NCBI GenBank assembly: GCA_964530105.1
Contig: CAZHBL010000001.1
Coordinates: 1 to 61,249, forward strand
Direction: 5' to 3'
Source: an uncultured Pirellulales bacterium
GTDB lineage: Bacteria; Planctomycetota; Phycisphaerae; Sedimentisphaerales; Anaerobacaceae
Length of the DNA: 61,249 nt
Position numbers and translations under genes: made by a program. The notes below the pieces were generated by a model that was not told where the DNA came from, searched no databases, and saw only the letters and a list, made by a program, of their open reading frames with translations. This document shows, piece by piece, positions 27,915-40,100 of the stretch (position 1 is its first letter; each line of letters opens with the position of its first letter).

Positions 27915-28958
27915 CTATTTGAAGACCTTCACCACATCGGATTGAATCGAAGTGGGATCTGCACCTTCTGCAATAAACTCTACAAAGTGTGTATTAATGG
28001 CGTAGATACAGTTGCCATATCCTATGATCGTAGTCGGTATCGAAAAATCATTGCTCACGAGATTCTTGACAAACGTACCCTGAGTCAGATCTTCCGATAG
28101 CTCCACCACGGCAATCTTTTGCGTGAAGTTCTGCATAATGTAAAGTGTTCGAACATCCATATAGAGACCATCACCATCCGGGAACAACTGTTCATCTCCC
28201 TGGATAGCTACAGGAGATGCGGCTCCGGTTTCGGTATCCACCAGGTAAAGAACGCCTGTGGCAATATTGACTATAACCAGTTGTTTGCCGTCAAAATCAC
28301 CTACGAGACCATTGGCATTGAAATCGTTGGGATCCATCTCGAAGCCAGTCATTTCGATCTTCTCAAAATTAGATGAGAAAACCTTCCCATCATTTTCAAG
28401 GGGTATCTTATACAGAGTAGTACTGACGGAATCGGTACAATATACTGCTTTGTCCGTAACCAGCACATCATTTGCTACTATGTTGTCGCCGAAAATAATC
28501 TCTCCTAATAATCGTCCGCTGGTGGCGGCGTAAACTTTGACTCCCTGTTCCCACCAGGGACCAGCAAAACCCGATGAGAATCCAGTGGCGGCATAAAGAT
28601 AATCAGTACGCGCGTCATAGGACAAACCAGATAGCGGTTTTCCTGTAGGCGGCACAAGAATCTGGCCTTCTCCGGTCAGTAGATTGCCCTTGTAAATGGC
28701 TCCGGCGTTTGTGAGATTACCCGACCAGGAATTGCCACCAACAAAGAAATCCGTATCCCTGCCCAACTCTATTCCTTCTGGTTCCATTCCGGCAGTAATT
28801 GGAATCAGATCCGGCCAGATGACTCGTTCTGTTTGGTCTATCTCATGGGCGATTGCAATTGTGCTGAGAGTTACTGTGAGTGTGATCGCCGCTGCAAGCA
28901 ACAGGACACTCTGATGTAAACGGTTTGTATTTGTACTGTTCATGATTCTATTCTCCAT
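27915..28958 (-). CDS. Secreted hypothetical protein, probably a six-bladed beta-propeller (SMP-30/SGL-like fold)
   Basis: 347 aa. Signal/TM segment LLLAAAITLTVTLSTIAIA. Repetitive beta-strand-rich sequence. No catalytic motif recognised. Confidence 0.4.
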   Translation of the reverse strand: MENRIMNSTNTNRLHQSVLLLAAAITLTVTLSTIAIAHEIDQTERVIWPDLIPITAGMEPEGIELGRDTDFFVGGNSWSGNLTNAGAIYKGNLLTGEGQILVPPTGKPLSGLSYDARTDYLYAATGFSSGFAGPWWEQGVKVYAATSGRLLGEIIFGDNIVANDVLVTDKAVYCTDSVSTTLYKIPLENDGKVFSSNFEKIEMTGFEMDPNDFNANGLVGDFDGKQLVIVNIATGVLYLVDTETGAASPVAIQGDEQLFPDGDGLYMDVRTLYIMQNFTQKIAVVELSEDLTQGTFVKNLVSNDFSIPTTIIGYGNCIYAINTHFVEFIAEGADPTSIQSDVVKVFK

Positions 28959-28995
28959 TCTTGTTTTTGTCCTCGGTTTGCTATATAATTAAAAA

Positions 28996-29090
28996 GCTCT
29001 CGGCTTGGGCGCGCAAACCATCCGCCCGGGTCAGGACTGGTCGGTGAGTCGTTTGCTCGGCAGCTGTTGCTCACCGGCCACTTTTTTTAT
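28996..29090 (+). ncRNA. Candidate small RNA (~95 nt), defined by an orphan plus-strand promoter-like site and an intrinsic terminator
   Basis: TTGTTT (28961-28966), 17 nt, TATAAT (28984-28989). Hairpin GGTCGGTGAG (29039-29048) / CTCACCGGCC (29070-29079, one G.U) followed by A-C-TTTTTTT (29082-29088). No ATG in between, and no plus-strand gene nearby. Confidence 0.25.
29039..29090 (+). terminator. Plus-strand intrinsic terminator (10-11 bp stem + U7)
   Basis: See the ncRNA entry. The U-tract is present only in the plus orientation. Confidence 0.5.
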
Positions 29091-29154
29091 TCTTTTCAAG
29101 ACTAAGATTGTCCTATTTACGAGAGCTACAAATGCAGTATCTTTTTTGCAGAGT

Positions 29155-32100
29155 TCACCTCCTTTCTTTTGACCGCTGCCCGGCCTCAATAATGTTGATG
29201 CTCTTCCACGAAGGTGCTCTAAGGAAAGAGGCCCTATGTTCATTGTCGATCGCACAGATCATGTTGCCATCCGGTGAGAATTGCACCGATGTCAGCGTCC
29301 GCGTAACGTCAGCGTCTAATCGGGCGATTTCCTGCCTGGTTGAGACATCCCACAATCTTAGCGCCCCTTTGCCGCTACTGCCCGAAACCAAACGCCGACC
29401 ATCCGGCGAAAAGGCTACACTGTTAAATTCTCTGGGACCACGTATTCGGCCTGTGGACTGACGGGTTTTCCAGTCCCAGAGGCTGATGAAATCTCCTTCT
29501 GCGATTGAGGCCAGCAAGGGTTCAGTTGGTGAAACTGCGAATTCGTTATTAAAACCTCTTGATTTGACATCAATCCGTGCTAATTCCTTCGATTGCGAAA
29601 GGTCCCACCAAACCAAATCACTGTCGTTGCTCACGCACAGAAGGATATTCGACTTTTGTGGAATAGCGTAGCGGGCTTTCTCGAAATACTTAAAATTAAG
29701 TCCGCTCTCTACCCTGGATATCAATTGCCAGGTGTCGATGTTCCACTGAGAAATTCTATTTCCAAACTCCACGGCAACCAAAGATGTGCCGTCAGTCGAA
29801 AATCCAACCGGGTGAATCTTTCCTGATATAGCCTTTCGGTGAGCAACGACTTGAAGGTCTTCCGTATCCAACACCCACAATTCTCCTGACACGGTTCCCG
29901 CAATCAATTGGCCCCCATCGGGAGACAGAATGAGCATACTACCAGACCCGAGTTCGACAGATGATGAGTACTTTTTGGTGAATGTATTTGCGTCCCAAAT
30001 GCCGGCCGAACCATTCTTGTCGATGGCGTAGAAAAACCGGATGTCTGCTGAAAAAACCACTTTCCTGACCGGTTCAGCCAACAGGTGCTCTCTAAAAGGC
30101 GACAGCGGTGCATTCAGGTCCCATTCCAGAATCTGTCCATCTTCGCCTGCGCTGACAGCCCTGGACGCGTCGGATGTCAGTGAAACAGAATGCACACCAG
30201 ATTGATGCCCTCTTAATACTCTGGTGGTGACCCGGCGCTGCATATCCCAAACACGAAGTGTTTGATCGGCGCTGGCGCTTATTAGCTGTTTACCATCGGG
30301 CGTAAACGTTAATGAGGTCACCCAGGCACTGTGGCCTTTCAGCGGCGGTTCCTGTTCCCATGAGGTGGTATTTAACAGTCCAATCTCGGTCATCTCAAAT
30401 CCGGAGCCGATGGCCACATAACGTGAATCAGGCGATATAGCTAAGCGAGTATCCTCGTCTCGAGCCGGCTGCTGATGCACGATGTGACCAGTAACCACGT
30501 CGACGATCTTCAGTTCGTCCACCCCGCCTATGGCCAAACGGCGGCCGTCTGGAAAAAAGGCAATATCATGACGGCCCCACCAGCTACTCCGAACGGGCCA
30601 CTGATGGATAATGGCCTGCCGGCGCCAATCCCAAAGAACGGCCCCGGAGTGTGCAAATATGGCAAGCGTCTTGTCATCAGGCGAAAACGACAAAGAAGAA
30701 AATGCCCCTGACGGAATCATTGTTTCCAATTTCCACGTGTCGGCATCATAAATGTGGATTTCATGTACGTCATTCACGCTGTCACAATGTAGAGCCAGAT
30801 ATTTGCCTGAATTCGAGAACGCAAATCCACGCGCCGACCCGCCGGGAAGGTGAACGTCCTTCAGTTCCTTTCTGGTCTGGAAATTCCACAAGCGCCGCCT
30901 ATGAGGGTAAAGCGTAGGGCCCGTTTGGAATCCGCTGGTTACCATATATCGTTGATCAGGGCTGATTCGCAACGCAAACACCCTACCCATGTCCGCCGGA
31001 GTATCCCAGGTGAAAACGGCGTCACTTTGGGACTGCGCCCAGGCGTACCGCCACTCCCAACCACGGAAGTCCGGTTCTCCAGGCTTTGGAACATGTTGAC
31101 GAACGCTCTCCTGAACGCGACCGAACAGGTTTTCTTCCAAAGCTCTAAACGCCAGCGACATGTCGGAATTGTAGGCACGCTTCAGGGCGTTAACTTCATT
31201 TCTCCTGGCCTGCATCCCCTCCCAGACGCTGATCCCCATACCTACCATCAGAGCCATAACAACAGCACTTATCGCTATGAAAACGACTTTGTTTCGACGC
31301 CAGGCTTTCTGAAGCCTGTACACCGCGCTGGGTGGCCGGGCGACGACAGGCTCATTGTCGAGATGCCGCTTGATGTCTGATGCGAGTTCACTGGCAGTTT
31401 CAAATCGGCGTGTTCTATCCTTCTCAAGGCATTTCATTACAATCCAGTCCAAATCACCTCTCACTAATTTCCTCAACGATTCCGGGCTGCTCTGGCGATA
31501 GGCCGCAATGCCGGTCAGGGCCTCTCCCATGGTGCTTAACCTGGTCGATGGTTTGGGGGGTTCTTCCTCTTGAATGATTCGCTGCATCTCAACATATCCC
31601 CTTTTCCTTAACTCTTCGCTGTCCAGGGGTGTTGTACCGGTGAGTAATTCGTAAAGCAAGATTCCTAATGAATAGACATCAGTACGTGTGTCAATGTCAA
31701 GATCGCTGAACTGTGCCTGTTCAGGACTCATATATACCGGCGTACCGATCATCTGTGCGTATCGTGTAAACAGCGTTTTTTCAGTAAGTCTTTGATTGGT
31801 GGCTCTGGCAATACCAAAATCGATCACCTTCGGCACCGCACAGTCGTCATGAAGCGCGACCATGACGTTGGTGGGCTTAATATCACGGTGAATAATTCCC
31901 TTTTGATGTGCATGTTGGACTGCGTTACAAACCTGAACAAACAAATCCAATCGCTGCTGGGTGCTGAGCATGTTCTTATCGCAATATTCCGTGATCGGGA
32001 CGCCTCTGACAAGTTCCATAACGAAATATGGCCGGCCTGTCTCAGTAGCACCTGCATCCAGAACCTTGGCAATATTTGAATGGTCCATCATGGCAAGAGC

Positions 32101-32508
32101 CTGGCGTTCTGCCTCAAATCGCGCGATAACCGACTTGGTGTCCATCCCCACTTTGATAATCTTAAGGGCTACTTTGCGACGAATCGGTCTTTCTTGCTCA
32201 GCCATATAAACCACAGCCATGCCACCTTCACCGATTTGCTCCAAAAGCTTGTATCGACCTATGAATGCGCCAGGGGCTTCTGTCGGGATTTGGCCTCCAG
32301 CAGGCATATCACATATTGTGGGTGGGTCCTCAAGAAAACCGTCTTCGATTTCATTAAGTTCGAGCAGTGTCTGCACTCGGTTAAAGAGGTCATGATCGTT
32401 TCCACAGGCTTTTCTTAAATATGCTGTCCGTTCAATAGGACCATTCAATTCGAGGGCGGCGTGGAAGATCGATTCTTCATCGTTACTGTCTTTATTTTTG
32501 GCAACCAT
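29155..32508 (-). CDS. Ser/Thr protein kinase with one TM helix and a large C-terminal WD40 beta-propeller region
   Basis: 1117 aa. Kinase motifs [59 protein letters not shown]. Multiple WD40-type units (..[31 protein letters not shown].., [11 protein letters not shown]..). Confidence 0.9.
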   Translation of the reverse strand: MVAKNKDSNDEESIFHAALELNGPIERTAYLRKACGNDHDLFNRVQTLLELNEIEDGFLEDPPTICDMPAGGQIPTEAPGAFIGRYKLLEQIGEGGMAVVYMAEQERPIRRKVALKIIKVGMDTKSVIARFEAERQALAMMDHSNIAKVLDAGATETGRPYFVMELVRGVPITEYCDKNMLSTQQRLDLFVQVCNAVQHAHQKGIIHRDIKPTNVMVALHDDCAVPKVIDFGIARATNQRLTEKTLFTRYAQMIGTPVYMSPEQAQFSDLDIDTRTDVYSLGILLYELLTGTTPLDSEELRKRGYVEMQRIIQEEEPPKPSTRLSTMGEALTGIAAYRQSSPESLRKLVRGDLDWIVMKCLEKDRTRRFETASELASDIKRHLDNEPVVARPPSAVYRLQKAWRRNKVVFIAISAVVMALMVGMGISVWEGMQARRNEVNALKRAYNSDMSLAFRALEENLFGRVQESVRQHVPKPGEPDFRGWEWRYAWAQSQSDAVFTWDTPADMGRVFALRISPDQRYMVTSGFQTGPTLYPHRRRLWNFQTRKELKDVHLPGGSARGFAFSNSGKYLALHCDSVNDVHEIHIYDADTWKLETMIPSGAFSSLSFSPDDKTLAIFAHSGAVLWDWRRQAIIHQWPVRSSWWGRHDIAFFPDGRRLAIGGVDELKIVDVVTGHIVHQQPARDEDTRLAISPDSRYVAIGSGFEMTEIGLLNTTSWEQEPPLKGHSAWVTSLTFTPDGKQLISASADQTLRVWDMQRRVTTRVLRGHQSGVHSVSLTSDASRAVSAGEDGQILEWDLNAPLSPFREHLLAEPVRKVVFSADIRFFYAIDKNGSAGIWDANTFTKKYSSSVELGSGSMLILSPDGGQLIAGTVSGELWVLDTEDLQVVAHRKAISGKIHPVGFSTDGTSLVAVEFGNRISQWNIDTWQLISRVESGLNFKYFEKARYAIPQKSNILLCVSNDSDLVWWDLSQSKELARIDVKSRGFNNEFAVSPTEPLLASIAEGDFISLWDWKTRQSTGRIRGPREFNSVAFSPDGRRLVSGSSGKGALRLWDVSTRQEIARLDADVTRTLTSVQFSPDGNMICAIDNEHRASFLRAPSWKSINIIEAGQRSKERR

Positions 32509-32606
32509 TACATAGCTCCCGAAAGTCGTTTCATAATATAATGCGAAATGTGCGCCTCAAATTGCGTCAGAAAAATATAAATTTTTGAAAAAAATCTGCG
32601 TTGCGG

Positions 32607-33185
32607 CTAAATTGACTTGTTTCTTTTGGTGATCTCAAAGCGCAGCCAGCAACGCGCGTATTTCCAATATCGGTCTGCTGTAGCAGAAGAAATGCCGAGA
32701 ATTTCAGCCGCCTGCTTTCCTGTCAAACCGGCGAAATAGCGTAGTTTGACGAGATCAGCCTTGACTCTATCTTTGTTTGATAGCTTCTCCAGTGCCTCGT
32801 CCACGGCAAGCAAATGGTCTATGGATGACTCACTATTGTCCATAACCATGATCTCATCCAGTTCGATCCGCTGGTATGTACCGCCATTCTTAAGGTTCTT
32901 CTTTCGTCGTGCACGTTCGACGAGAATCCTGCGCATCGCTTCGGCGGCTGCCTTGAAGAAGTGCCCTTTATTGTCCCAGCTCTGATCCTCTGTCCCAACC
33001 AATCTGAGATATGCCTCGTGCACAAGTGCTGTTGCCTGCAGCGTCTGACCGGGTAGTTCATGAGATAATTTCTGAGCAGCGAGAAGACGCAATTCCTCAT
33101 ATACCAATGGAAGCAGTTCGTCTACGGCCCGATCATCTCCATGTTCTATCGCGTGCAGTATGCGAGTGACATCGGTCATGCTCAC
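32607..33185 (-). CDS. ECF-type RNA polymerase sigma factor (Planctomycete/Acidobacteria-type, TIGR02999-like)
   Basis: 192 aa. N-terminus VTRILHAIEHGDDRAVDELLPLVYEELRLLAAQKL. Region 4: LVKLRYFAGLTGKQAAEILGISSATADRYWKYARCWL. Confidence 0.85.
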   Translation of the reverse strand: MSMTDVTRILHAIEHGDDRAVDELLPLVYEELRLLAAQKLSHELPGQTLQATALVHEAYLRLVGTEDQSWDNKGHFFKAAAEAMRRILVERARRKKNLKNGGTYQRIELDEIMVMDNSESSIDHLLAVDEALEKLSNKDRVKADLVKLRYFAGLTGKQAAEILGISSATADRYWKYARCWLRFEITKRNKSI

Positions 33186-33247
33186 ACTCGATTTCTGATT
33201 CTTCTATGTTTCCTTTATGACACAAAGCGCATCAAAAATGCGCTAAT

Positions 33248-33306
33248 CATATTGGACTTTATTAGTCTTATATAATGAAATTAGTCCAATATGTTCATCA
33301 TGTCAA
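33248..33306 (-). promoter_or_regulatory. Candidate promoter/operator of the ECF sigma gene
   Basis: In minus sense: TTGACA (33301-33306), 17 nt, TAATTT (33278-33283). It overlaps a perfect 11-bp inverted repeat CATATTGGACT (33248-33258) / AGTCCAATATG (33283-33293). Confidence 0.3.
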
Positions 33307-33345
33307 CAAAAAAAGTAAGTTTTTTGATAATATTTCTATGCACAG

Positions 33346-33850
33346 ATAGAATTATGGAAAAACCTAATCGTCCTATACGAAGCCTGGAACAAGCCGGAAA
33401 AGGCCGAAGAGTGGCGAGCAAAACTACCACAAACAGAAGCGGTGGAAGAGTAACATAATGCCCTTAAGATGACCTCAATTTCTCGAGAAGATCTATACAA
33501 TCCTCCTACAACTGTACAACTCCTTATCTGCCAGTTGTTGAAGACCTCCATCTTCATAAACCTTTCTTGGAAAAGGCGTTACAAAAGCATCAGAAAATGC
33601 TATCGTTTTCAATGAACGCTGTCAATTAGTGAGTTATTTGGGCTGATGCCTCGTGACGCAGATACATCATGGAAAAATTTTTGTGGCAATAGGGATGTTA
33701 GTGTTTGACTTTGAACTCTTCGTGGGAAACCGGCATGATCTCCCGGCCAGCAAGGAAATACATTGTCTTTGATCGAATGTCCTCGATTCGTAATTTTTAA
33801 TCGTGCCCAATAAACCCGAAAGAGCTGACAATCTCTCAGACTGCCGACCC
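33346..33850 (+). repeat. Copy B of the 'kinase-TPR tail + 3' flank' repeat family: an orphan gene remnant
   Basis: 33364..33453 reads LIVLYEAWNKPEKAEEWRAKLPQTEAVEE* with no start codon; the frame opens only at 33331, after a TAA. The following ~180 nt are about 80% identical by eye to the reverse complement of 56936..57109. The blocks shared with copy A resume at 33821-33850, after a ~190-nt extra segment. Confidence 0.65.
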
Positions 33851-34150
33851 TACATGCAACCGAGGTCGTCGTATATAGGCATTCTGGGCCTTCTCTTTCT
33901 TCTTGACCGCTTTATTTCTCTTGTTGTGTGTGTTTTGTTGTACCTTTTTACAGGTGTTTGTTGTCAGCATAAATCGCAGTGATTTATATTGCATATATAG
34001 GAATTTGGTGTTATACTCGACAAAATGAAGGAATCAGGCAGGCTCACAGGATAAGGCAAGGCAGCCATTAGAATCGCACCGCAAGCCTGTTTTGTCAGGG
34101 ACTACTTTCACCGGTACGGAGTGGTCATCATCTTTTGAGAGGGTAGAGAA

Positions 34151-37100
34151 ATGAAACGCAAGCTGCATCTTTCAGGACTTACATGGATTCTTCTGGTTCT
34201 TGGGTTTTCTACTACAATTCGTGCACAGACCCTTTCAGGGCGAGTGTACGAGGGGGAATACCTCAGTGAGCCACCCACAGCAAAGGGACTAACGGGTGTC
34301 ACCGTCACACTCTACGGTTCCAATAACAGTGGCCAGAGGGGAACCTACATTACCAGCACGACTACGGGCTCTGACGGTTGGTATGGACTTGAAGCAGAGC
34401 AGGGCTACGAGTTCTATACTATCGTCTGCGGGGGTAAATCAGGGTACTCATTTCAAGGCTCCAGCTCGGTAAGTGGATCTGCCTCGGGCGAAGAAATTCA
34501 ATACTCACTACCCTTGGCGGGCAAGACGCTAACGGGCAATAAATTTTGGTACACAAGCAATACTCCTCCGCCGACGAACAATCCGCCGGTCGCGAAGGAC
34601 GATTCGGCAACAACACCCCAGGATACGGCGGTCGATATCGATGTCCTGTACAATGACAACGACCCGGACGGTGACCCCCTGCATATCAATAGCGCCACGG
34701 ACCCTCCGCACGGCACAACCGTCAATCACGGCAGTAATATCACATACACTCCCGATTCTGGATTCACGGGTACCGACACATTCGATTATATCGCCGGTGA
34801 CGGCAAAGGCGGCACAGATACAGCAACTGTCACGGTAACAGTCGACGAAGGTGGAGAGCCACCCACCGGCACAGGAATCTTAGATGGCTACAAACGAGAT
34901 GCCGATACGGGGGCAGGTCTTGAAAACTGGCGAATCTTTATCGACCTGAACGGCAATGGCACGTGGGACCCCCGCGAGCCGAGTGCTATAACCAACACAG
35001 ACGGGTATTACCAGATCACCGATGTCGAGCCCGGCACCTATCGTGTCTGTGAACAGATGCAGGACGGCTGGGAAGGTGATCAGCCGTGCGTCGAAGGTGT
35101 GACCATTGTTGAGGGTACAATGACAACGCAGGACTTCTATAACCGAAGAACGGAAGGCCCTGCCGGCGAATATATAATCAACGGAGTTAAATATAACGAC
35201 CTCAACGACAATGGCATAAAAGATCCCAACGAGCCGGGCCTTGGGGGCTGGCGGATAACGCTGGAAGACGGTGACCACAACCTTCTGGCGACGGCGACGA
35301 CCGATTACAATGGTCAGTATACTTTAACTATCACGGAGCCCGGAACATACATTGTAGATGAGGTGCAGCAGCCTGGCTGGCGCCAGACGGATCCTGTTGG
35401 GGCAGATGGTGAGCCTTCGGCTCAATACTTCCTGTTCTCAGAACTCCCGGAGCCTTATGCTGTGATGGATTATATCGACTTCGGCAACCACCGGGAAGAA
35501 ACACCAGAGGGGCAGGACTACACATCCGACGTATGCTTCAATGTTGAAATAACCACCCCGACTGGCACTGTTGAAAAACTGACTCTGACCGGGCCGATGA
35601 CCCAACGTGTTGATGTCGGGCCTAACGGCGAAGCATCTGATATGGGAGGAAACGGCCGAGAAGAGGTCATAACTGAGCTTGTGAGTCTGAATCTGTTTGG
35701 CATAGATCCGATAGTGGGACAGGTCAGAATGAGCCTGAACGCTAATATGGCGTCCTTCGGCCAGATCGAGGAGCGTGCCAACAATACGCCCGGTGTACTG
35801 GACATTCCACCGTTTACGGCAACCGGCGATGCTGATAGTTTCATCGATGTGTTCTTCCAGCTCGAAGTGGGAGGAACGGTTTTTCTGACAAACCAGCCGA
35901 TACGGCTGACTGCCATCATTACCCACCTTCCTCCAGTGGACGATTACTCCGACATATCACAGACAAAAGTCGAACTGCTGGACCAAAACGGCCAACCTAC
36001 AGGTTATCAACTAAGTTCCATCACGTCCTGTCAGGAGGCTCCGCTCGAAGGAGCAGGGACAATCCTCGGCGTTAAATTCAATGACCTTAATGGCAACGGG
36101 CAGCGTGATATTGGTGAGCCCGGGCTGCCTGGCTGGCAAATCATGTTAGAAGATATAGAAGATCCCGGCCGAAAAGTTCTGGCGACGACAACAACCGATT
36201 CCAATGGTCTGTATACGTTCACTGGCCTCGAGGTCGGATGGTACCTCATAGAAGAGGAGCAGAAGCCCGGCTGGAAACAGACGTATCCCGGACTGGGACA
36301 GGGCGCCCCTTGCGCTTGGGCCGTCTTGCCGCTACAATTGATGCCGGATTTTGATTACTACGATTTCAATTTCGGTAACCACTGGACTGGAACCGAACCG
36401 CCGGAAGGAGCAGGCTCGATTCGCGGCGTCAAATTCAACGACCTCAACGAGAACGGCCGAAAAGATGCCGATGAACCGGGTCTCTCAGGCTGGAAAATCA
36501 CACTTATGGACAATGACGGCTTCGTTCTGGCAACCACTACAACCAATCGGAATGGCGAATATCAATTCGACAACCTCGAACCGGGCACGTATGGAGTGAG
36601 CGAAGAAGATAAGCAAGATTGGTTTCAAACGTTTCCCGCCGAAAAGCACTATTCTGGCGTCAGGCTAAGTCAGGGCGAGGTCTTGATGGATATGGACTTC
36701 GGCAACCACTGGACCGGGACCGAACCGCCGGGAGGTGACGGCGGCGGATCTGTGGTGGTGATCAAAGAAGCGACACCTGCAGACGATACCCCGTTTCTCT
36801 TTTGTGCTAATTTTCGTCCTGGGGGCTTTTTCGACACGTTATGTGCATACTTGACGGATCCATCCAATAACACATGGACTATCAACAATCCCAACCGACT
36901 GCAAAAGGTCGGCGAAACAGTCCCTGCCGGGTGGATACTAACGGATATTACTATCACCGGTGACACGGACAATGGCTCTTTGGTTCATGTGTTCAATCAC
37001 TTCGTCGATGTGGATTATGATGAAGGGGAAAATATTGTCATCACCTTTAAGAATAAAAAAACAGGTGAGGGACAATACGACTTCGGCGATGCGCCGGATC

Positions 37101-40100
37101 CGACATATCCGACATTGCTGGTAAACAACGGCGCTCGGCACCGGATCGATCCGACTATGTATCTGGGTTCGAGCATTGACCCAGAAATGGACGGCCAACC
37201 GACTTCGACCGCCGACGGAGATAACACCGGTGGTGCCAATGATGAAGATGGTGTCACCATGCCGTCAATCATTACAGCGGGTCAATCCATTCCTATAAAT
37301 GTGGTAGCCTCCAGTGCAGGGACCCTCAATGCCTGGATTGACTTCAATATCAATGGCGATTGGGCAGATCCAGGAGAACACTTCATTGCCGCACAACCTG
37401 TTGTTCCGGGTACGAATACATTCACGCTGATTGTTCCAGCGAGTGTGCAGCCTGGACAGTCGTTTGCCCGTTTTCGATTTAGTTCTGAACGCGATATCGG
37501 TTTTGACGGGGAAGCACCCGACGGTGAAGTGGAGGATTATGCGGTCGCGATCCAGGAACCGGGAAGGGGTTCTCTTACCATAATTAAAGACGCCACACCG
37601 AAAGATGATACACCTTTCTGGATTAGTGTCGTCTATGGTTCTATGGGCGGCGCTGGGCCGTATCGCGATCCATCAAGCAACAGATCAACCCTTACCAATG
37701 GTCCGTCTGGGACCTACTATATCGGAGAAGCGGTTACCAGTGGCTGGATCCTTAAAGACATTGTTGTCACGGGAGATACGGATAACGGAACTACCGTCGA
37801 TTTGAATCAGGGTTTTGTGAATGTGGATCTGGACGATGGTGAGGCCATCACAGTGGTCTTCAAGAATGAAAAGACCGGCAATGTTGAATGGGATTTCGGC
37901 GATGCGCCGGATTCGTACAAGACGTACCACGCCAGCGGCGGGCCATATCATGATGTCGGGCAGGTGATGTTTGGAAGCTCAGTTGACGCCGAGACAGACG
38001 GCCAGCCGGGACCGCTTGCCGACACCGACAGCGATGACGGCATATCTTTCCCGCTGGGTTTGGAAGTGAATAAATTCGCAATCGTCCTATTGAACGTCAA
38101 TGCGCCGTCCGGCGTGCTAACCGGTATCGAAGGATGGATCGACTACGATCAAAGCCAAACATTTGAAACTGATGAACTATTCGTTACAACATACCACATT
38201 GGAGTGGGCGTTCCTGTGTTTCAGGCCGAGATCATCCAGGTCCCGGGCGATGCAGTGCCCGGATGGACCTATGCGAGGTTCAGGATACATAACAAAGATT
38301 TTTCCGCGGGTGGGCTGTCCCCCACCGGCTATGGCAGTGAGGGCGAAGTAGAAGATTATCGCGTCGAAATAAAGGCTGAAGGGACACCGGCGCCGCCCGG
38401 TGCGATCATTGGTGGGATCAAGTTCAATGACCTTAACGATAACGAAGTGTGGGACACAAACGAACCAGCCTTACCAGGTTGGACCATTTGGCTGGACGCC
38501 AATCAGAATGGCATAGAAGATGCCGGTGACCAATATACCAAAACCGATACAAGCGGTTATTTCCAGTTTGTCGGACTAGCTGCGGGACAGTATCTGGTTG
38601 GCGAAGTGCAACAGACCGATTGGACACAGACGGCTCCGGTAGGCGGCACAATAACCGTGACGGTAGGTCCTAACGCACCGAGCTTGGGTATTTTGTTCGG
38701 TAATCGTCAGTCCGGTGGGCCAACCTATGATGGTCGTATTTGCGGCAGCAAGTGGAATGACCTCAATGGCGATAGCATACCTGATGCCAATGAACCTTTC
38801 CTGGCAGGCTGGAATATCTATCTGGACATAAACCACAATGGCCGATGGGATATAGGTGAACCGTCTCAAACAACAGATGCTACCGGCTTCTTCGAGTTTA
38901 CAGGCCTGGCCGTCGGCAGCTATACGGTTGCTGAAGAAATGAAGTCGGGATGGAAACAGACCTGGCCAGGAGGAACTGAAACACATATTATTTCCGTCCA
39001 GTCCACACAGGTACAACCTGAGTGTGTGATGTTCGGTAACCAACAGATAGGAACCGGCTTGTCCCTCGACTGGGGAGACGCACCTGACCCGAACTATCCG
39101 ACGTTGCGAGCTGGCAATGGTGCATATCACGTGATTGTCCCCGGCATATTCTTAGGTGGCGGCGTTGATCCCGATGCTGATGGTCAGCCGGCGCCGGATG
39201 CACGGGGTGATGATTCGGATGGCAGTGACGACGAAGACGGCGTCTTTTTTATCTCGCCACTAATGCCCGGTCAGCAGGCCGAAGTGGAAGTCATTGCGTC
39301 TTCGGCAGGATATCTGGATGCCTCGATAGATTTCGACGCTGACGGGAGCTGGTCCCAGGCATCGGATCAGATCTTCACGTCAGAACCAATACTGGCTGGT
39401 AGCAATATCTTGTACTTCCAGGTACCGTCGAGCATAGCAATCGACATCGACACCTATGCCCGTTTTCGATTCAGCTCCGCCGGCGGATTGGCACCGGATG
39501 GACCGGCCCAGGATGGAGAGGTCGAAGATTATCACATCCTGCTCGGTGAAAATGGTCCAGGCGTACCGGGCGAAGAGGAAATGCCGCATGTCAAATGGTC
39601 ACAGCCGCCGATAGAAATCGACCCGAACATAAATGTACCGCCAGTGTTCTGCGGATGGAACGAGCCGGCCCGGTCCACCGAACAATCCGGCCAAATCAGG
39701 CAATGGCGCATGGATGCCGATGACTTCCGTTGTCTTGGCCCAATTCCAGTGACACGAATTCGATGGTGGGGTGGATACAAGGCATGGGCGTCGCCAGGGC
39801 CGCCGGAATTGCAGCCCACGACCTGGCATATCGGTTTCTGGGCAAACCAGATCAATGGCATCGATCAAAACGAGTTATTCCCTGAGCGTATGGTCTGGTC
39901 ATTGGAGATTCCTGCTGAGCGGGTACATTTCGAACCTGTGGGGCTAAATGAATTTCCGGAGAAACAGCCAGAGATATGTTTCGTCTACGAAGTCGAGTTG
40001 GAACCGGAAGAGTGGTTCCACCAGACAGAGTTTGAGAGTAACGACGATGTCTTCTGGATCAGCATTACAGCCATCTATCCCGCAGATGCCGAGCCGGTGA

